A DNA stretch of 64,000 nucleotides from Perna viridis (GCA_037379345.1 CM074521.1:35178704-35242703), one strand, 5' to 3'; numbered from the stretch's first letter, positions 41,091 to 54,774 are shown. Notes: generated from the sequence alone by a model not told the origin. A program made the numbers and translations.

Positions 41091-44000
41091 ATTTTAGAAG
41101 AAAATGCGAATGTAGTATACATAATTTGAAAATGTCCATTCTCTATTGTTTTTAGGCAATGACAGGAATCAACTGCTTATGTCAAAATGAACAACTATCG
41201 ACAGTAAAAATTATATTCACGATATAACTCTTTGTATTCAGTACTCATTAACATTGCACAATTATAGGAGGTGTACATCAAGACAAGTCGAATAACTACA
41301 TGTTCATGTACATGTACACAATGCCAACTATATAAGAATAAAGTAAATACATGTACAAGTTCAACCATCTCCTTTTACAAGTACAAATGTACACTGTATG
41401 TCTTTACAAGTGTTTACAAAAACAATCTGTCATTCTAGACAAGAACAACAGATAGAAAGAGTAATTAACTAATCATATCTGGAAAGGCACTTCAAATTAT
41501 TATCCCAACTATAACAAGTAAATGATTAAATTCTTTAAATAACAATAAAATTTGAAGTTGAACGTTTTAAATAACATAAATTCACCTGTTTACATAATAT
41601 TACCTGTTAATGGACCCCTCGTACATGTACTTCCATTATTTAGGTGGTTGTGGGTTTATTTATTCAAGAGTTTACCAACCAAACTTCCGCTAAAATATTG
41701 TGTACATAAAACACAGGTGATTTAAAAGTTTTGTAATTTTGTACATTTATAGTTCCTTTTTAACGTAATCCACACAGGTAGAAAGACATCATTGGGTTCA
41801 TTGAGTGGTGTCTTCATGAATACACGATATATTGCATGATATACCAGGGTTATCTATTCATCAGTCCTGGGGTTCATGATTTGGGAACTCAAATAAAAAA
41901 AAGTAGGTATAGGGTTCATCTTGTAGGTGCATATTAACCTTCCTGGGGTTATGTAGTAGGTTACTATCGGTGTGACGGTGTGCTGTACGTGAAAAGCCGT
42001 GACTATCATTTCATTTACTGTCACTGTTTGAATGTCATTTTTACCGATATAGTGTGTTAATTATATTGACGGTGATTGACTTGCCTTTGTGGTTCCACTG
42101 ATTTCCAGGGATTTTTTTCTAGATATAATCAACATTTGTTTACAATAAGACGACCCCTTTGGATCCGCCTATGGAATATATATATGCCGATAAGACAAAC
42201 TACTAGAAGAAAAACACAACGTACTTCATTGCATATAAACGGCTCTTGAGTGGAAATGTGCAATGTATATGTACAAGGTTCCATATGTTTATGTAATGTA
42301 CATATGTACTAGAACTATCGGCCAACTGTGTATACAAAAAAAAAAACCAGACTTTATGAACGGTTGTGTTCTGATTCATTCGTTATAAATCTATCAATAG
42401 ACAACATTGAATACATGTGCAAACCAACTATAGATGATTATATAGTATTAAATGTATTCTATGAAGTGATTAATGTAAATACATAATTGTTATATAAATG
42501 ATAGAGGCTATATTTTATTATTTTGGATAGGCATACCACGGTACATGTACATGTACTAAGCATGAATTATTATAGTGATTAATAACGTACTGCAGATAGT
42601 AAATTTTATTTGAAGTTCACAAAGTGGATAAGTGGTGGGAAACCTCAATGACTTAAGCGTGACTTGATAAGTAGCAGTACGTTATACAAGTACAAGTGTA
42701 CGCATGCCATTGTACTATGCATGTGCCTTTATTTATGAAAGTGATAAATCCAGTTGTCACCAATTCTCTTCATTATGACATTTATTTGATATTAAGCAGT
42801 AAATTAATGCTGATTTTTTTCCGGTACCAATACATATTAAATTCATATACTGCCAATGGTAGATGTATTTCATGTACAGAAAACAATGATTTTTGGTGAC
42901 TTCATATGCCATATTTTACGCAACCATAGCCATTTTCGTATACAAATCTGTATTTGGAAGGACACCATACATAGAAAATCAACCAAATCAAGAACGATAA
43001 CTTTTCAAAGGTGTAAATTCCATGTACATGTACAATATAAGTATTTTTTTTTCAAAAGTGCAACAAACAACCTTTTATGACAAATTAAGACTGGTTATGT
43101 TGTTTCTGGGTAAGAAATAAAAGTGAATTTTGCGGGGTTTTGACATGCATGGATAACCTCTTCTCTATTTTCTTTTTATAAAAAAACATATATGTAATTC
43201 CCTGAAAGAAATCATTTAAAGCGCTAAAATTTACATGTCATGTGGTCTCAACACGTGCATTTGTACATGTAGGTGATACGCAAGGATTAAGACTGTAATA
43301 TCATAACTAACATGACATATAACATGTTACGTCCATTGTTATTTTATATAGAAAATAGATACAAATGGCGACGGAAGATGTCAGGATGCATTTATATAAT
43401 CGCATATTACGTTCGTCTATTAAGTTGAGGAAATTTGACATAATCCTCAGCCGCTTGAGAATACAATGTGACTTTCTGAGTGGAAAATCATATTTTCCTA
43501 TAGACTTAATTTCCTGTTGTCAGAAACATTTGTTTCTCTTGATAACATATACTACTCTATTAGTACAACCAAAAAAAAAAAAAAAAAGAATTTTCAACAC
43601 AACTATATACTTAAATAGTCAACTCTGTGGTGAGAATTCTCAACACGAAATAATTCACTTGTTTAAGGCTATATTCATAATGAAACTATTTTAACGATTA
43701 CATAGGCCATTTAACACAGAAACAAGAAATCACTACAAAGAATTAACTTCAGCATGGTAGCGTTTGATTTTTGGCACAGGATTATAGTCCTTTGTGTTAT
43801 CAGTATAGAAATGCACGTGACACCTGAAGGTCTTTCAGACTGACCGAATGATTCTCGTTAAAACTAAACCTGTACATGTAATTGAAGTCAACAAAAAAGA
43901 ATTAAAAGCATGAGACAGACATGTAACAGGTATATGATATAATGTGAGTTACAACCTGCAACTGAGCATCGCTTACACTTTTCTCACGTTTGAACATTCA

Positions 44001-45023
44001 TTTGCTGAATTTAAAATTGGACGACGGCTGAAAGGGGCGAGATAGGATAGGTAAACGGTAGTCCTTTTTTTAAATTATCCAGCGAACCGGAACTAGATAC
44101 TGTAAATAATTATCTTTTTTGTTGGTTTTTGAATTGAATATTTCAACTTTAAATCAATTTAAAGGCTTCTTTCACTTTGAATTTACTTCTCTGGCCCATT
44201 TCTGCGGCTCTGATATCTAATCCGGTTTTACTAAATGTCTATCGTTAGCATCGAATGTGAAGCCATGATGTAAGATATGATGAAATACTAGATATGTACA
44301 TTTTTCTGCATTATTTTTTCCTGTTATATGTCAGTAACCAGAAGAAAGTTTAAGTTGATACTGCATGCAATGATACCTGAGCTATCAACGTTTTAAGTAT
44401 CCTGTGAAGTTATTGACCTTTCAGATAACTTTTTAAAGACGTCTGACCAAAATCAATGTTCAGCATATTTTACCACTTAACAGCAAAACTTCTTAGCATC
44501 AAATTGTCAACACATGAACTTTTTTATTCGACTAGTTTCGGCAAATTCTTGAGAATCATAAAACTTATATAGACCATGTCTTACATACGTGTATCAGTAA
44601 CTTTCGAAGAAATATCTTCTCTATAAAGTATAATATTTATTTGATGACACATAATAATCACTTTTCACACCAAGTGTTTTATATAAAGATATTAAATTGA
44701 CGTTAAGTGATGAAAATGTCAAGCGCTAAGCGAAAAACGCAGAGATAATTATTCGGTCATTTCCTGAGCTTAGTCTCTACTGTCAACGAATGTGCTAGGA
44801 AATAAGGAATAGTGGTTATACAGCGTGCTTCATTGGGCTAAATGTCAATTTGCAAGTAGTATTTTTTCACCGAGCCCAATTTGTTGAGACGGATTTACTA
44901 ATAGAATAAAAACTCTCTCGTATCCTTCATCGGTCAACGCTGTAAAGAAATCCATGGCTCGACAGCGAGGATCAATTCTGGATTGTCTGGAGTTTCATTA
45001 GCCCAGGGGTTCATTTGGACAGT

Positions 45024-45118
45024 TTCTCGGCATTTATCATGTTGTTCGCGATTACACTAGAAACACAAATTTTCCCCCTTTCTAGTGGCATCGTAGATTA
45101 CAGAATAAATGCCGAGAA
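45024..45118. repeat. 40-bp imperfect inverted repeat with 15-nt spacer
   Basis: TTCTCGGCATTTAT...CACTAGAAA / TTTCTAGTG...ATAAATGCCGAGAA; 31 of 40 positions complementary, no gaps. Confidence 0.85.
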
Positions 45119-45796
45119 TATCGGTTTGTCTAGCGATGGCAAAGTTGCAAGGTCCAAGCGATTGTAGAAATATGGAGTTTGAATGTACAACCGCGTGTTT
45201 TGATAGTATTAGAAGTATTTGATGATGTGTTCATATACTAGTTGGCCAGCATATTTGATAGTGGGAGCAACACCCCACCCTGTGCTCAAATACAAATGGG
45301 CAGACCATTTATAAAGACATGTAACTACATGTAAATATGTTACTGCTCGTCATCTTAACTTCTGTTTAATAGTGGTTCCTGTACAGAGTGTAGTGTTATC
45401 CTGATATCATAAATATTCCATAGGAAGTTCCTACAATAAATACTCCATAGAAGGCTCCTAAATAAATTCTGGTATCTTAAATATGTATCAGTTACATGTA
45501 CATGTAGGTATACCACGACTTATCTCTTTATTCTCTAGCTCAGTTGTCATCATGTCTTTCTTATATATTCAAGCTTTGACCAATTTTGATATATGTAACT
45601 TGTTACGGGGGTGGATAAGAATTTATGCAATAAGAAATGAATAAATTCTACCAGTTTATTTTCATGCAAAAATTGACATAAGAGCCATCGTATTAATTTA
45701 GAATGGCCTTATGAGGAAGAATTTGTTAACAACGTTTGAGTGAGTCACTTCATTCTAGTTTTCAGACTGAACATTACGGATATCAAGTGAAAAGCT

Positions 45797-45886
45797 TAAT
45801 TCATTGAAACTATTGACATCAAAGGCATCATTGTGTTACTAATTCATTGAAACTCTTGACATCAAAGGCATCATTGTGTTACTAAT
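45797..45886. repeat. 43-bp tandem duplication
   Basis: taattcattgaaact(a/c)ttgacatcaaaggcatcattgtgttac twice. Confidence 0.9.
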
Positions 45887-46854
45887 TAAAATAATCTTCA
45901 CTTAACGATCAATTGTTTACAAGAAAAATGAACTTTTTGTGAAAATATACAGGAAATAAAGTATGCATGTATCATTTCTGCACGTGCAATCAAACTTTAG
46001 AAATCGTTTACAGATCAAAGAACGAACAAGCTAAGTTTGTATTGTTACTATCTTTTCTTACAAGCTGTTAGATAATAAAGAATATGATTATGCTCTTAAA
46101 ATTATCTTTTAGCAACACACACGGTATATATCATAGAATAGTGGATTGAGTAATGATACTTCGTTTATTTACGTTCAGGTATCTATCACGATGTTCATAC
46201 TAAATAAAACCGTTTTAAAACGAACAATTATGTTCTCAGTGCACCAAACACTGATTGATGATTTTGGAACTAACCGACCTGTACTGTATGACACAGGGCG
46301 GTTTCCGACATTGGTTCAGCTGGTGTGTATTTGTGTGTGAAAGTGTATTACAAGTACATGTAGTACAATTTACGGCTCATTATTCGTCAAACAATAATGA
46401 CACTCTCCTGAACACTGCCCTTTTTCAGAAGATTAAAACCTCTTGCATTAATCTGGTTCTCTAGACTGTATATGTACATATAAATTTATAAATATACCAC
46501 GAAAATACTTTGTATCTAACGTATGCACGCCTTTACATCTTGTCAGCCAACCTTGTACATTTTAACCACAATTGTTGAAAAAGTTCCATATTGTACAGAA
46601 TAACGATAATAAAGCAAGGATACGTGGAATTATACATGGGACAGAGAACGAAGGACATATACCAGATGACGTCGCCCTTCCTTCACAATGGAGAAGCAAA
46701 CGTATCAGGTTTATACCGCCACTCACTTAAAGAGAATACGAGTGTACCAAAACATCAATCGGCTACAAAACAATTCATGGTAGCTTGCTGGCCTCGAGTG
46801 CGTGGGGATCCACAGCCAAGAACCACCAAAGATTCGAACATTTATACTAATACA

Positions 46855-47898
46855 TGTATATATAGTTCTTGGAAGAGATTCTTCATACTTTGTAAGAATT
46901 AATTACATATCATCTTCCAAATATACAGAGGAGGATGTTTACAAAATGCTGGATTTTCAATTGACAAAATATTTGTCCAGTATGGTGGACGTGGTTTTCA
47001 ACAAACGGTCGGCATGCCAATGGGAATAAATTGTACTCCTTTACTTGCTGACCTATTCCTTCACTCTTATAAGACTGACTTTATAGCTGATCTGATCCGA
47101 AAGAAAGAATATCGTTTGGCTAGATCCTTTAATTTCAGTTTCCGCTATTTAGATGACGTATTATCTTTAAACTATCCTACTTTCGGAGATTTGATACATC
47201 ACATCTACCCCAAAGAACTTGAAATAAAGGATACTACAGACAATGTGAGGTCAGCCTCATATCTCGACCTATACTTAGAAATCGATGGTAAAGGAAAACT
47301 ATTAACCAAACTTTACGACAAACGTGATGACTTTTCATTCAGAATTGTCAATTTTCCTTTCATCTGTGGCAACATCTCTTCAGCACCTGCGTATGGAGTG
47401 TTCATATCACAACTCATACGTTATGCCAAAGCTTGCCGAAACTACGCAGACTTTTTGTATTGCGCTATATCTCTAACAAATAGGCTTCTGGAACAGGGTT
47501 ATGGTGCTACAAGATTGAAGTCATCACTACAGAAGTTTTATGGTCGTCATCTTGAACTCGTGGATCGTTATGGTGTATCCATCTGCACCATGAAAACTGA
47601 TTTATTCAACGGGTCATAGTTTTCCTTTCCTCGTTTGTCTACCCCGGACTTGACTTTTTATGAGCAACTCGGTGGGTGTTTCTAGAAAAGCAGAGGACGC
47701 TTACCCTACCGGTGCACCTGGTCCATGCTCCTAGTTTTTAGTACAGTCCGAGTTGCTCATTTGCTTTTGTTATTTTGTATGTATGATTTTAGTTACTTTG
47801 TGTTCTTTGTTGTGTATGTCTGTTTTCCATGTCTGGTCTTTGTCCCTGGATTACATTCTTTCGCTTACCGCTATAACCTTGGTTTCCTTGATTACTCT
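46855..47898 (+). mobile_element. 5'-truncated Naiad-type Penelope-like retroelement: RT 3' half, thumb and 3' UTR
   Basis: QTVGMPMGINCTPLLADLFL, FRYLDDVL, KLYDKRDDFSF, YGVFISQLIRY, FYGRH; stop at 47619 with no C-terminal endonuclease; one frameshift near 46958. Confidence 0.92.
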
Positions 47899-48119
47899 TT
47901 GTAGTCATTGCTTCTCTGCCAAGCACGCATTTTTTAAGGGGATAACATGACGACTGATTGGCTCGGTGTCAAAATAATATATCCAATCTGGGTGACATAC
48001 ATACCTATGGGCAGATGTTTCTGTTCTGTGAGAAAGCACAATAAAGATCCAATTCAACGTATCGGATGTAGTCCAAAGCAGAGTACATCAATTCACAATC
48101 ATCAATCAATCAATCAAAC
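47898..48119 (+). mobile_element. CORE-type SINE body and tail (head at ~46775-46848, split by the PLE insertion)
   Basis: tgcttctctgccaagcacgca...gactgattggctcgg...(caat)n; tRNA-like head ggtagcttgctggcctcgagtgcg...accaaagat upstream of the PLE. Confidence 0.7.
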
Positions 48120-48344
48120 CTTTCCTGACTTAAGTGTATGTAATAACGCATTATAAAGATATCGATCCTATTCTGACATGTCTGGGACATAAACACAAAC
48201 ACAAAGATATAAATACAAAACACAAAGAACGGTACAAATTAGAAAGGTCCTGTATACAAGAGGATGTGTTAAACAATGTCTATATTACGGATTTCGTCAT
48301 AAAAAAAAAAAAGTTAAGAGAGGAGCTGGTTCCATGGAATTATG

Positions 48345-49300
48345 ATAACTACAGATCAATTTTTCTGGAACAAAAATTACCATCCAACAAACAGTCCCGC
48401 CCCAAGTAAAAAGTATCGTATGGGAAAGAGAGGAATAATTATACTGGATATGCATGCTAGGCACTGCAATACCTTACGGATGCAATGACAATATCAAAAG
48501 TATATGAAACCTCTCAAGGCAATATAACATAGCATAAATGTGATTAATTTATTTGAAAAAAATAAAAGACGGAAAAGGAGTCATGGCCAACGCCACTGTA
48601 CTTCACCTAAGATACATGCACATGATGTCTCCATAGATGGTCACCTTCCTTTCATACAAAAACCACTCGGACTTTATCACAGTTGAACTTAACTTTATTC
48701 TATACCTCTCACTCTACTACACTCCCTTTCGAAAGTCTTGACATTCCTATTTCTGAACTTTGTTGACTTGTTGCCATCAGTTTGGATATTGGTTTTCATA
48801 GACTTTTTAAAAAAGGTTTGTGTAAAATGTCAAGATGAGGAAAAACGATCATTTCTTCCACTGCTGTTTGTCAACAAAGGTATAGATGCAATTAATTTGG
48901 CTAACATCCTCCATCACAAAACGTAACCAACAAAATTCCCCCATATTTCAAAGACAAATCCATACCAACTATTTCATATTCCTATACTTCACCCATCGCA
49001 TCCAAAATTTTCAATTATAAAAGGCTATTGCAGAACCTCGAGATTGGGGACTTCAAGGCTAAACCACCTGACTGTTCTTGCAAAAACTTTCCATTCAAAT
49101 ATGGTCCTTCTGATCACGTCGTTACGGGAGATTTAACCATCATCGAAAACGAATCTCTGCAATGGTCCCAAATACCGTGAACATTGGAATTATAGCTTTA
49201 AAGTTCTTATGAAAGCCGTGGAGGACTACGCAAGAAAATGGATACAACGAGAAAACATTGATTCTCTGTCAGAGTGGGTAAAGGCCGTGAAGTCATCATA
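48345..49300 (+). mobile_element. Naiad-type PLE relic: C-terminal end of the N-terminal GIY-YIG endonuclease plus pre-RT region
   Basis: Frameshifted translation YHPTNSP...RE..YWICMLGTAIPYGCNDNI...RRKRSHG...FVNKGIDAINLANILHHK...IPPYFKDKSIPTISYSYTSPIASKIFNYK...PPDCSC...HVVTGDLTIIENESL..GPKYRE...LSEWVKAVKS. Confidence 0.82.
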
Positions 49301-49847
49301 CAATTTAACAGACAAGATTTTCCTCTGATTCAAAATTAAGTACAACCCCAACTGAACCATGGACCGTAAGTACTTGTTAAAGGTATAAATTAGAAAATAA
49401 GTATCAAAGTTAGTTTTTTACAGTTCACATGTGATATTACATGTAATATTACATGTGATGATATTACCTGTGATGTTAGATATGTGATATGACATGTGAT
49501 ATGACATGAAAAAGTAATCTCAACTAAAGTGTTAACTTCTGCACGGACATGTTTCTAGGAAACAAATCACAAATAAGTTGCAAAGTAAAGACCATATCTG
49601 TATATTGCCCTTAAAATGTATTTTTCCATGTTAAAGACGTACACACTATATGTCTTAAACGTCATTGCTTTATATCATATATTGAGATTAAAATATAACT
49701 TTTTTGTATATGCATTATATGTGTTTGTTTAAACACTATATCGTCTACCCTATATCGCATACCCTAAATCACACCCAGAACTATATCGCATACCCTATAT
49801 CACACTCCTTTACAGACCAAACTTTAAATTCGGTTAAAATATATGGT

Positions 49848-49997
49848 ATAATAAACATGACATGTCAAAATCTGTACCACATGCTGTATCAACCCTCGAC
49901 CTATATTAACCTGCGGGCCGGTGACCCTTGGCATGATACATGAGTCTCGGGTTGATACAACACGGGATACAAATTTTGACATGTAATATTCAGTATG
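49848..49997. mobile_element. Palindromic MITE (~150 bp)
   Basis: acatgtcaaaatctgtaccacatgctgtatcaaccc mirrored by gggttgatacaacacgggatacaaattttgacatgt. Confidence 0.8.
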
Positions 49998-50067
49998 GAT
50001 AATCTCTTTACCTTAAGAAACAAAAAATGTGAAGTGGCCATTTCAAACAAGTAATTGGTACATTGTG

Positions 50068-50346
50068 TAGGGCTAATTACGCCATCCAAAACAAAAAGCT
50101 TGGTCCTTACAAGATAACCTTTTAGGGCTAATTACGCCATCCAAAACAAAAAAGCTTGGTCCTTACAAGATAACCTTTTAGGGCTAATTACGCCATCCAA
50201 AACAAAAAAGCTTGGTCTTTACAAGATAACCTTTTAGGGCTAATTACGCCATCCAAAACAAAAAGCTTGGTCCTTACAAGATAACCTTTTAGGGCTAATT
50301 ACGCCATCCAAAACAAAAAAGCTTGGTCCTTACAAGATAACCTTTT
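50068..50346. repeat. 54-55-bp minisatellite, 5 near-identical copies
   Basis: tagggctaattacgccatccaaaacaaaaa(a)gcttggtccttacaagataaccttt. Confidence 0.97.
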
Positions 50347-51285
50347 AAATTGCATGTTTTCCTTGTCACTATGTGTAAAATGACAAATATATCAATACAA
50401 GTACTACATGTACTAGTATTAGGGACAATCACATCTACATTTTATTTTGTATCATTTAAGGAGCAACGTCTTAATTGTGACAATACTTGTAGTCATTTGT
50501 TATTAAATGCATACCATCCATTTGCACAACGGATGTCATCATAGTTGCATGCAGTACTGGGCTTTTTGTCTTTATTTATTTGAGGACATTCCTGTGATTC
50601 TTTGTGGTCTATAAACTTTAAACGAACATCTTTTTGAAATATAAACTTTGATTCCGTTCGCTAGTATTAGTAGAGTATTTCAGTCTCGTCACACGTTCTT
50701 TCAAAGGTTATTCATCTGTGGACGTCAAAATATAGAATGTTATTACAATTCCGATTTGATGCAGTATCGATTTACAATTTCTATCATGTGCAGATTGATT
50801 GTTGATGAACCTGGTTTTGTTTCACATGACCTTTGTATACTTAGAACACCTGTATAATCAGATATCTATTATGCTGAACAGACATTTAACTTGTGTATTT
50901 TATTGATGTCATGGAGTTATCTTAAGCCACAAAAATACATTTTGTGTATAACTGTTTATTCTGAACACAGACACATCATTTACGTAACAAATTCAGACAA
51001 AAGAACGATTACTCTGCAGAAAATCATCATGTGATGTTATGTACGATGTCTAATAAAAAAAAAACTCTACACAAAATTGACAATGTTTTTTTAATTAATT
51101 CGAAATAATAGGTATTTTTTATTGATTTTTCTCAAACAAACCAATGAGTTTCTAAAACTGTTCCTAATAGCATTAGAATCATAACATGCATGTGCCTTTT
51201 CATCTAAAAGACTGCCTTTTTAACTTAGTCACCCTTGTTCCTGTACATGCAATCTCTCAAGACAACCTTTACACTCTTATCACAA

Positions 51286-52750
51286 CGCCCACGTCACACT
51301 GGACTTCGACCGTAATACGACCTTCATTTTTGCGAGATCGAAGACAATCGTAGTAGGGCTGTGCTGTAGTCGTGAAGACTCGTGGAGAGCGTAGTACATG
51401 TATGGTCGTGTTAGGTCGGGATCCGCCGCGACTTCGCCACCACTGTGCTACGACCTATACTTGTGTACGGATACCGCGATACTACTACGCTCAATACGTC
51501 CTTACTACGATCTTTCTACAACATCACAACGATTTGAATGACATTTAGTCGTTTTTACCTCACATTAAATTTCAGAAAGTTTTTCTTGGTTTCGCACAAT
51601 GGATATTCTGTGTTAGCTCTCGTTAAATTAACATGGTTCGAACGTCCACGCGGAATAGCAAGCATCCATGTACCGGATTCACATGAAAATGTATCGGAAC
51701 CTGTCCAAGAAGATAACACTGAAAAAAGAACAGGTGCCAGAGGTTTCCGTGGCCGGACCAAGCAGTAAACAAAAAAAAAACAGAAGAAAGAAAGACCAGC
51801 GCCTATTCTTTCTAAATACGAAGAAAACACGGTGGTTAAATGGTTTGAGAGCAATCAAATTTTGTACAACAACAAAAATACTTACAAAAATCCCACAATA
51901 CACTGGTACAGTAGTTTGTGAAAAATATTTTGGGCGGTTTAGTTCCGGGCATCGACACCCTGAAATGACAGAGAGAGCCTTATGGATTATTGTTTGAATT
52001 CTTTATATCACATTATAATCTAAGTTCCGAAGAGAACTCCAGTTAGCGTATTAATACTTGTTATTTTCTTTCTGAAATTAGCTTTTCTACAAAAGTTTTT
52101 TTCTTGTATATAGAAAAAAAAATGCCATTATCTTATGTAGCTGTTATAAAAAGTATATTGCAAACAACTTTAGAAAGGAGTCAACCCTCTTCTACACCGC
52201 TGTGTTCTAAACACGTATTAAAATTAAAAAGTTCACTGCTGTGGATCCTCTCACTTTTCAGTTTGGAGGAACGCTCGAATCAAGTTTTAAGCACGCATGC
52301 CCAGAAGCTTATTCTGAGTCATTTGTGGTCGTCAGGACATTGTATAATAAGTGTAGGAACACTTTTTTATTGACTGGATGCGATCGGCTGTCCAAAGCTT
52401 AGAGTATACTGTTTGGAGATGTCAAGGAGAGCTATCCGATGTCATGCATTGTGTCATAGCTGAAAGGAGAATTTGCAAACGGGGAAACAGAATCAGAATC
52501 AGTACATGGCCATTTTAGTGACCTGTTGTAATGTTGCATAATTAGGATGTTTCCTAAATCAGTCTTCCATAAACGTAAGGCAAATCTTTCCAAGTTTCGC
52601 TCACGGTCCGTTAGCAGCATGGAACCTTGTACCTCAGTTTTGGCCTTCTTCTGTTCAAAATCCTACACGTGTCTGGGGCTCTATTTTTTTTACTATGGAT
52701 CAAACAACATTAATCCACACATGCTCAGACGTCTGTTCCAGTCAAAGTAC
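51286..52750. mobile_element. Probable decayed PIF/Harbinger transposon (MADF/Myb-like remnant on +, transposase traces on -)
   Basis: CGA/TCG-rich subterminal region 51286-51540. The + strand reads ILSKYEENTVVKWFESNQILYN...WYSSL...FGR...EMTERALWI...FEFFISH. The - strand has FALRLW and SRLQILLSAMTQ traces in convergent orientation. Confidence 0.45.
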
Positions 52751-53354
52751 AGAACCAGTCAAAGTACATTAGTTCTACAGAAGCTGCTCCTTTGTTTACT
52801 CTAATTACTAATATCCTTTGTGATATACGTAAATCAGAACATAATCAGTATTATGCTCAAAATGATTGTGAGAATTTAGTTTAATGTTCTAAAGCCTAAT
52901 TGTATTTATTTATTGTTTTTTCGGCGTGATCGATTGATCTGATGGATATTTTGTTATGATTTATTAACTTTTATGCCCATAATATGATGCTGTTTTAGAG
53001 AATGTATTGTGCTTTTTTTTTCAAATAAGTTAAGAAAGCAAATACGACGAACATGTACCCGTTTCTACGTTAAATTTTATACTAACAGTTCAACTTATTT
53101 GGTGAACCCATATATAATTCTAACCTGGGTCATTTGTGGCCTGCCATGTAATGCCATTTAAATGACCAGTTAGCCGTCTTCTTGTTCCTTGTCATCCTGC
53201 GGGGGTTGTTGTCTCTTTCACTGATTTCTTACTTCCATTCTAATTCGAATACTAACATCAGTATTACACCGATATTTATTCTAATGACATACATGTACAT
53301 GTATGAACCGTTTCAAGTCTTATTTTATTGATATATTAATATCATTACTCATTT

Positions 53355-53440
53355 CCATATTAGGGGTACAGCATACTAATATATGAATCATCCCATCTGT
53401 CCGTCCGTCCGTCTAAATGCCTCGTATGCGCAACTCCTCT
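53355..53440. mobile_element. HINE-like end fragment with (CCGT)n microsatellite
   Basis: ggggtacagcata...catctgtccgtccgtccgtc...gcgcaactcctct. Confidence 0.4.
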
Positions 53441-54774
53441 GTATTTGTTCTGTCAGCGAATTCGAAGAGCGGACCACCGTTTTGAGTATTTGTCAAGCAG
53501 GTGCAGGAATATTAAAAGGGAAGACGAAGTGCCAATTCAACATCATAGACATGTAACTGTTTTTCAAGTGCAGACATAAATACAACATGTTTGATCTTTA
53601 TATCTTAGACTGTAAAAGATGATAGTGTTTACCGAATCAAGTAATTTACAATTACGTTTTAAATCCCTTTTAACATATTTTTTTCGCTAATTTTGAATAT
53701 ACTAAAATTATTATTTTCACGAGAATCGGTTCAATACTGTCGCAAAATGTATTTGCTTGATTCAAATGAATGTAAGTGTACTCTGTTGATACATGTAAGT
53801 GTACTCTGTTGATACATGTATGTTTCATAGAGATGTACTAGCTTTCAAAGATTAGCAACGTCTTTATATAAACTGAAGTGTTTTATGAATAATAAAATTA
53901 TAGAATTTTTTGGGGTCAAATCTTGAGAAAACCAGTCATGTATGTTCGGGTATAGTTAGTTTAGTGGCATTAAACAAGAAATTACTTTTAGAGATATCGT
54001 AAGTGCAGAGTTACTGCAATCAAAACCGTGAATATGTGAAGGCTGTATACTGTTCTAATTCGTTATAATCAATTAAATCATTAATCAAATAATTATCGAA
54101 ATTGGGCTAATTTTAGGCAAAAAATATTCAATGCAAAAATGAAAGTGTTGGTAAATTGTCAGATTTCTAAAAGTGTCCAGTAATCAAAGTCTGTTGTTTA
54201 AGTACGAACTTATTTACACAATATTCTTTTCCGATTAATATTTCCTATAAATGTACAAACTTTCAGCAACTGTACGTCGGTATTTGATAAAATGTTAAGT
54301 GCAAACAAGAAAATTACGTCTTTTTGAAAATGTCTTCAGAAATGTCGGATGTCAATATTTTCCGGGTTCGTTGAGAAAATTCCAATTCCATGCTCCAACG
54401 CAATTTTACAATCAAATTGGCAATTTCTTCTATGAAATAATACTTAGTAATTGTACATATACTTAGGAATACACATATTTCATTTTTTTATTATTATTTA
54501 AACCGTTTACAACGGATAAAATTCGAACAAAACAAATGTCTAGCGATTTGTCCAACTTTCAGTTTTTGAACGTTTGAAACGTTTTCCGTCGATCGGGAAA
54601 TGGGGAAATAAAACGGAACTATTCTCCGCTTTGGATAACAAGAACCAGACACTTATACTCGTCTTTGCAATTTAAAGTATAAAACAAGAAACTGAAGGAG
54701 ACAAACAAATCTAAATCGATGGGATACAAAAAAGACTAAAAGTATCTTTATTTCGTCTTATTGACAAAAGAAAA

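Noticed and set aside
44523-44565. PLE-type hammerhead ribozyme remnant on the minus strand (..gccGAAACTAGTCgaataaa)
   Set aside because: The CUGANGA core is absent (TTTATGA) and stem II is unclear; at best a dead relic. I saw no intact hammerhead in the window.
47655-47765. SECIS element in the Naiad 3' UTR
   Set aside because: The ATGA pairs Watson-Crick with TCAT instead of forming the tandem G.A quartet, and the spacing to the A-run does not fit. The in-frame TGA near 48505 lies in a frameshifted relic and is best explained as decay.
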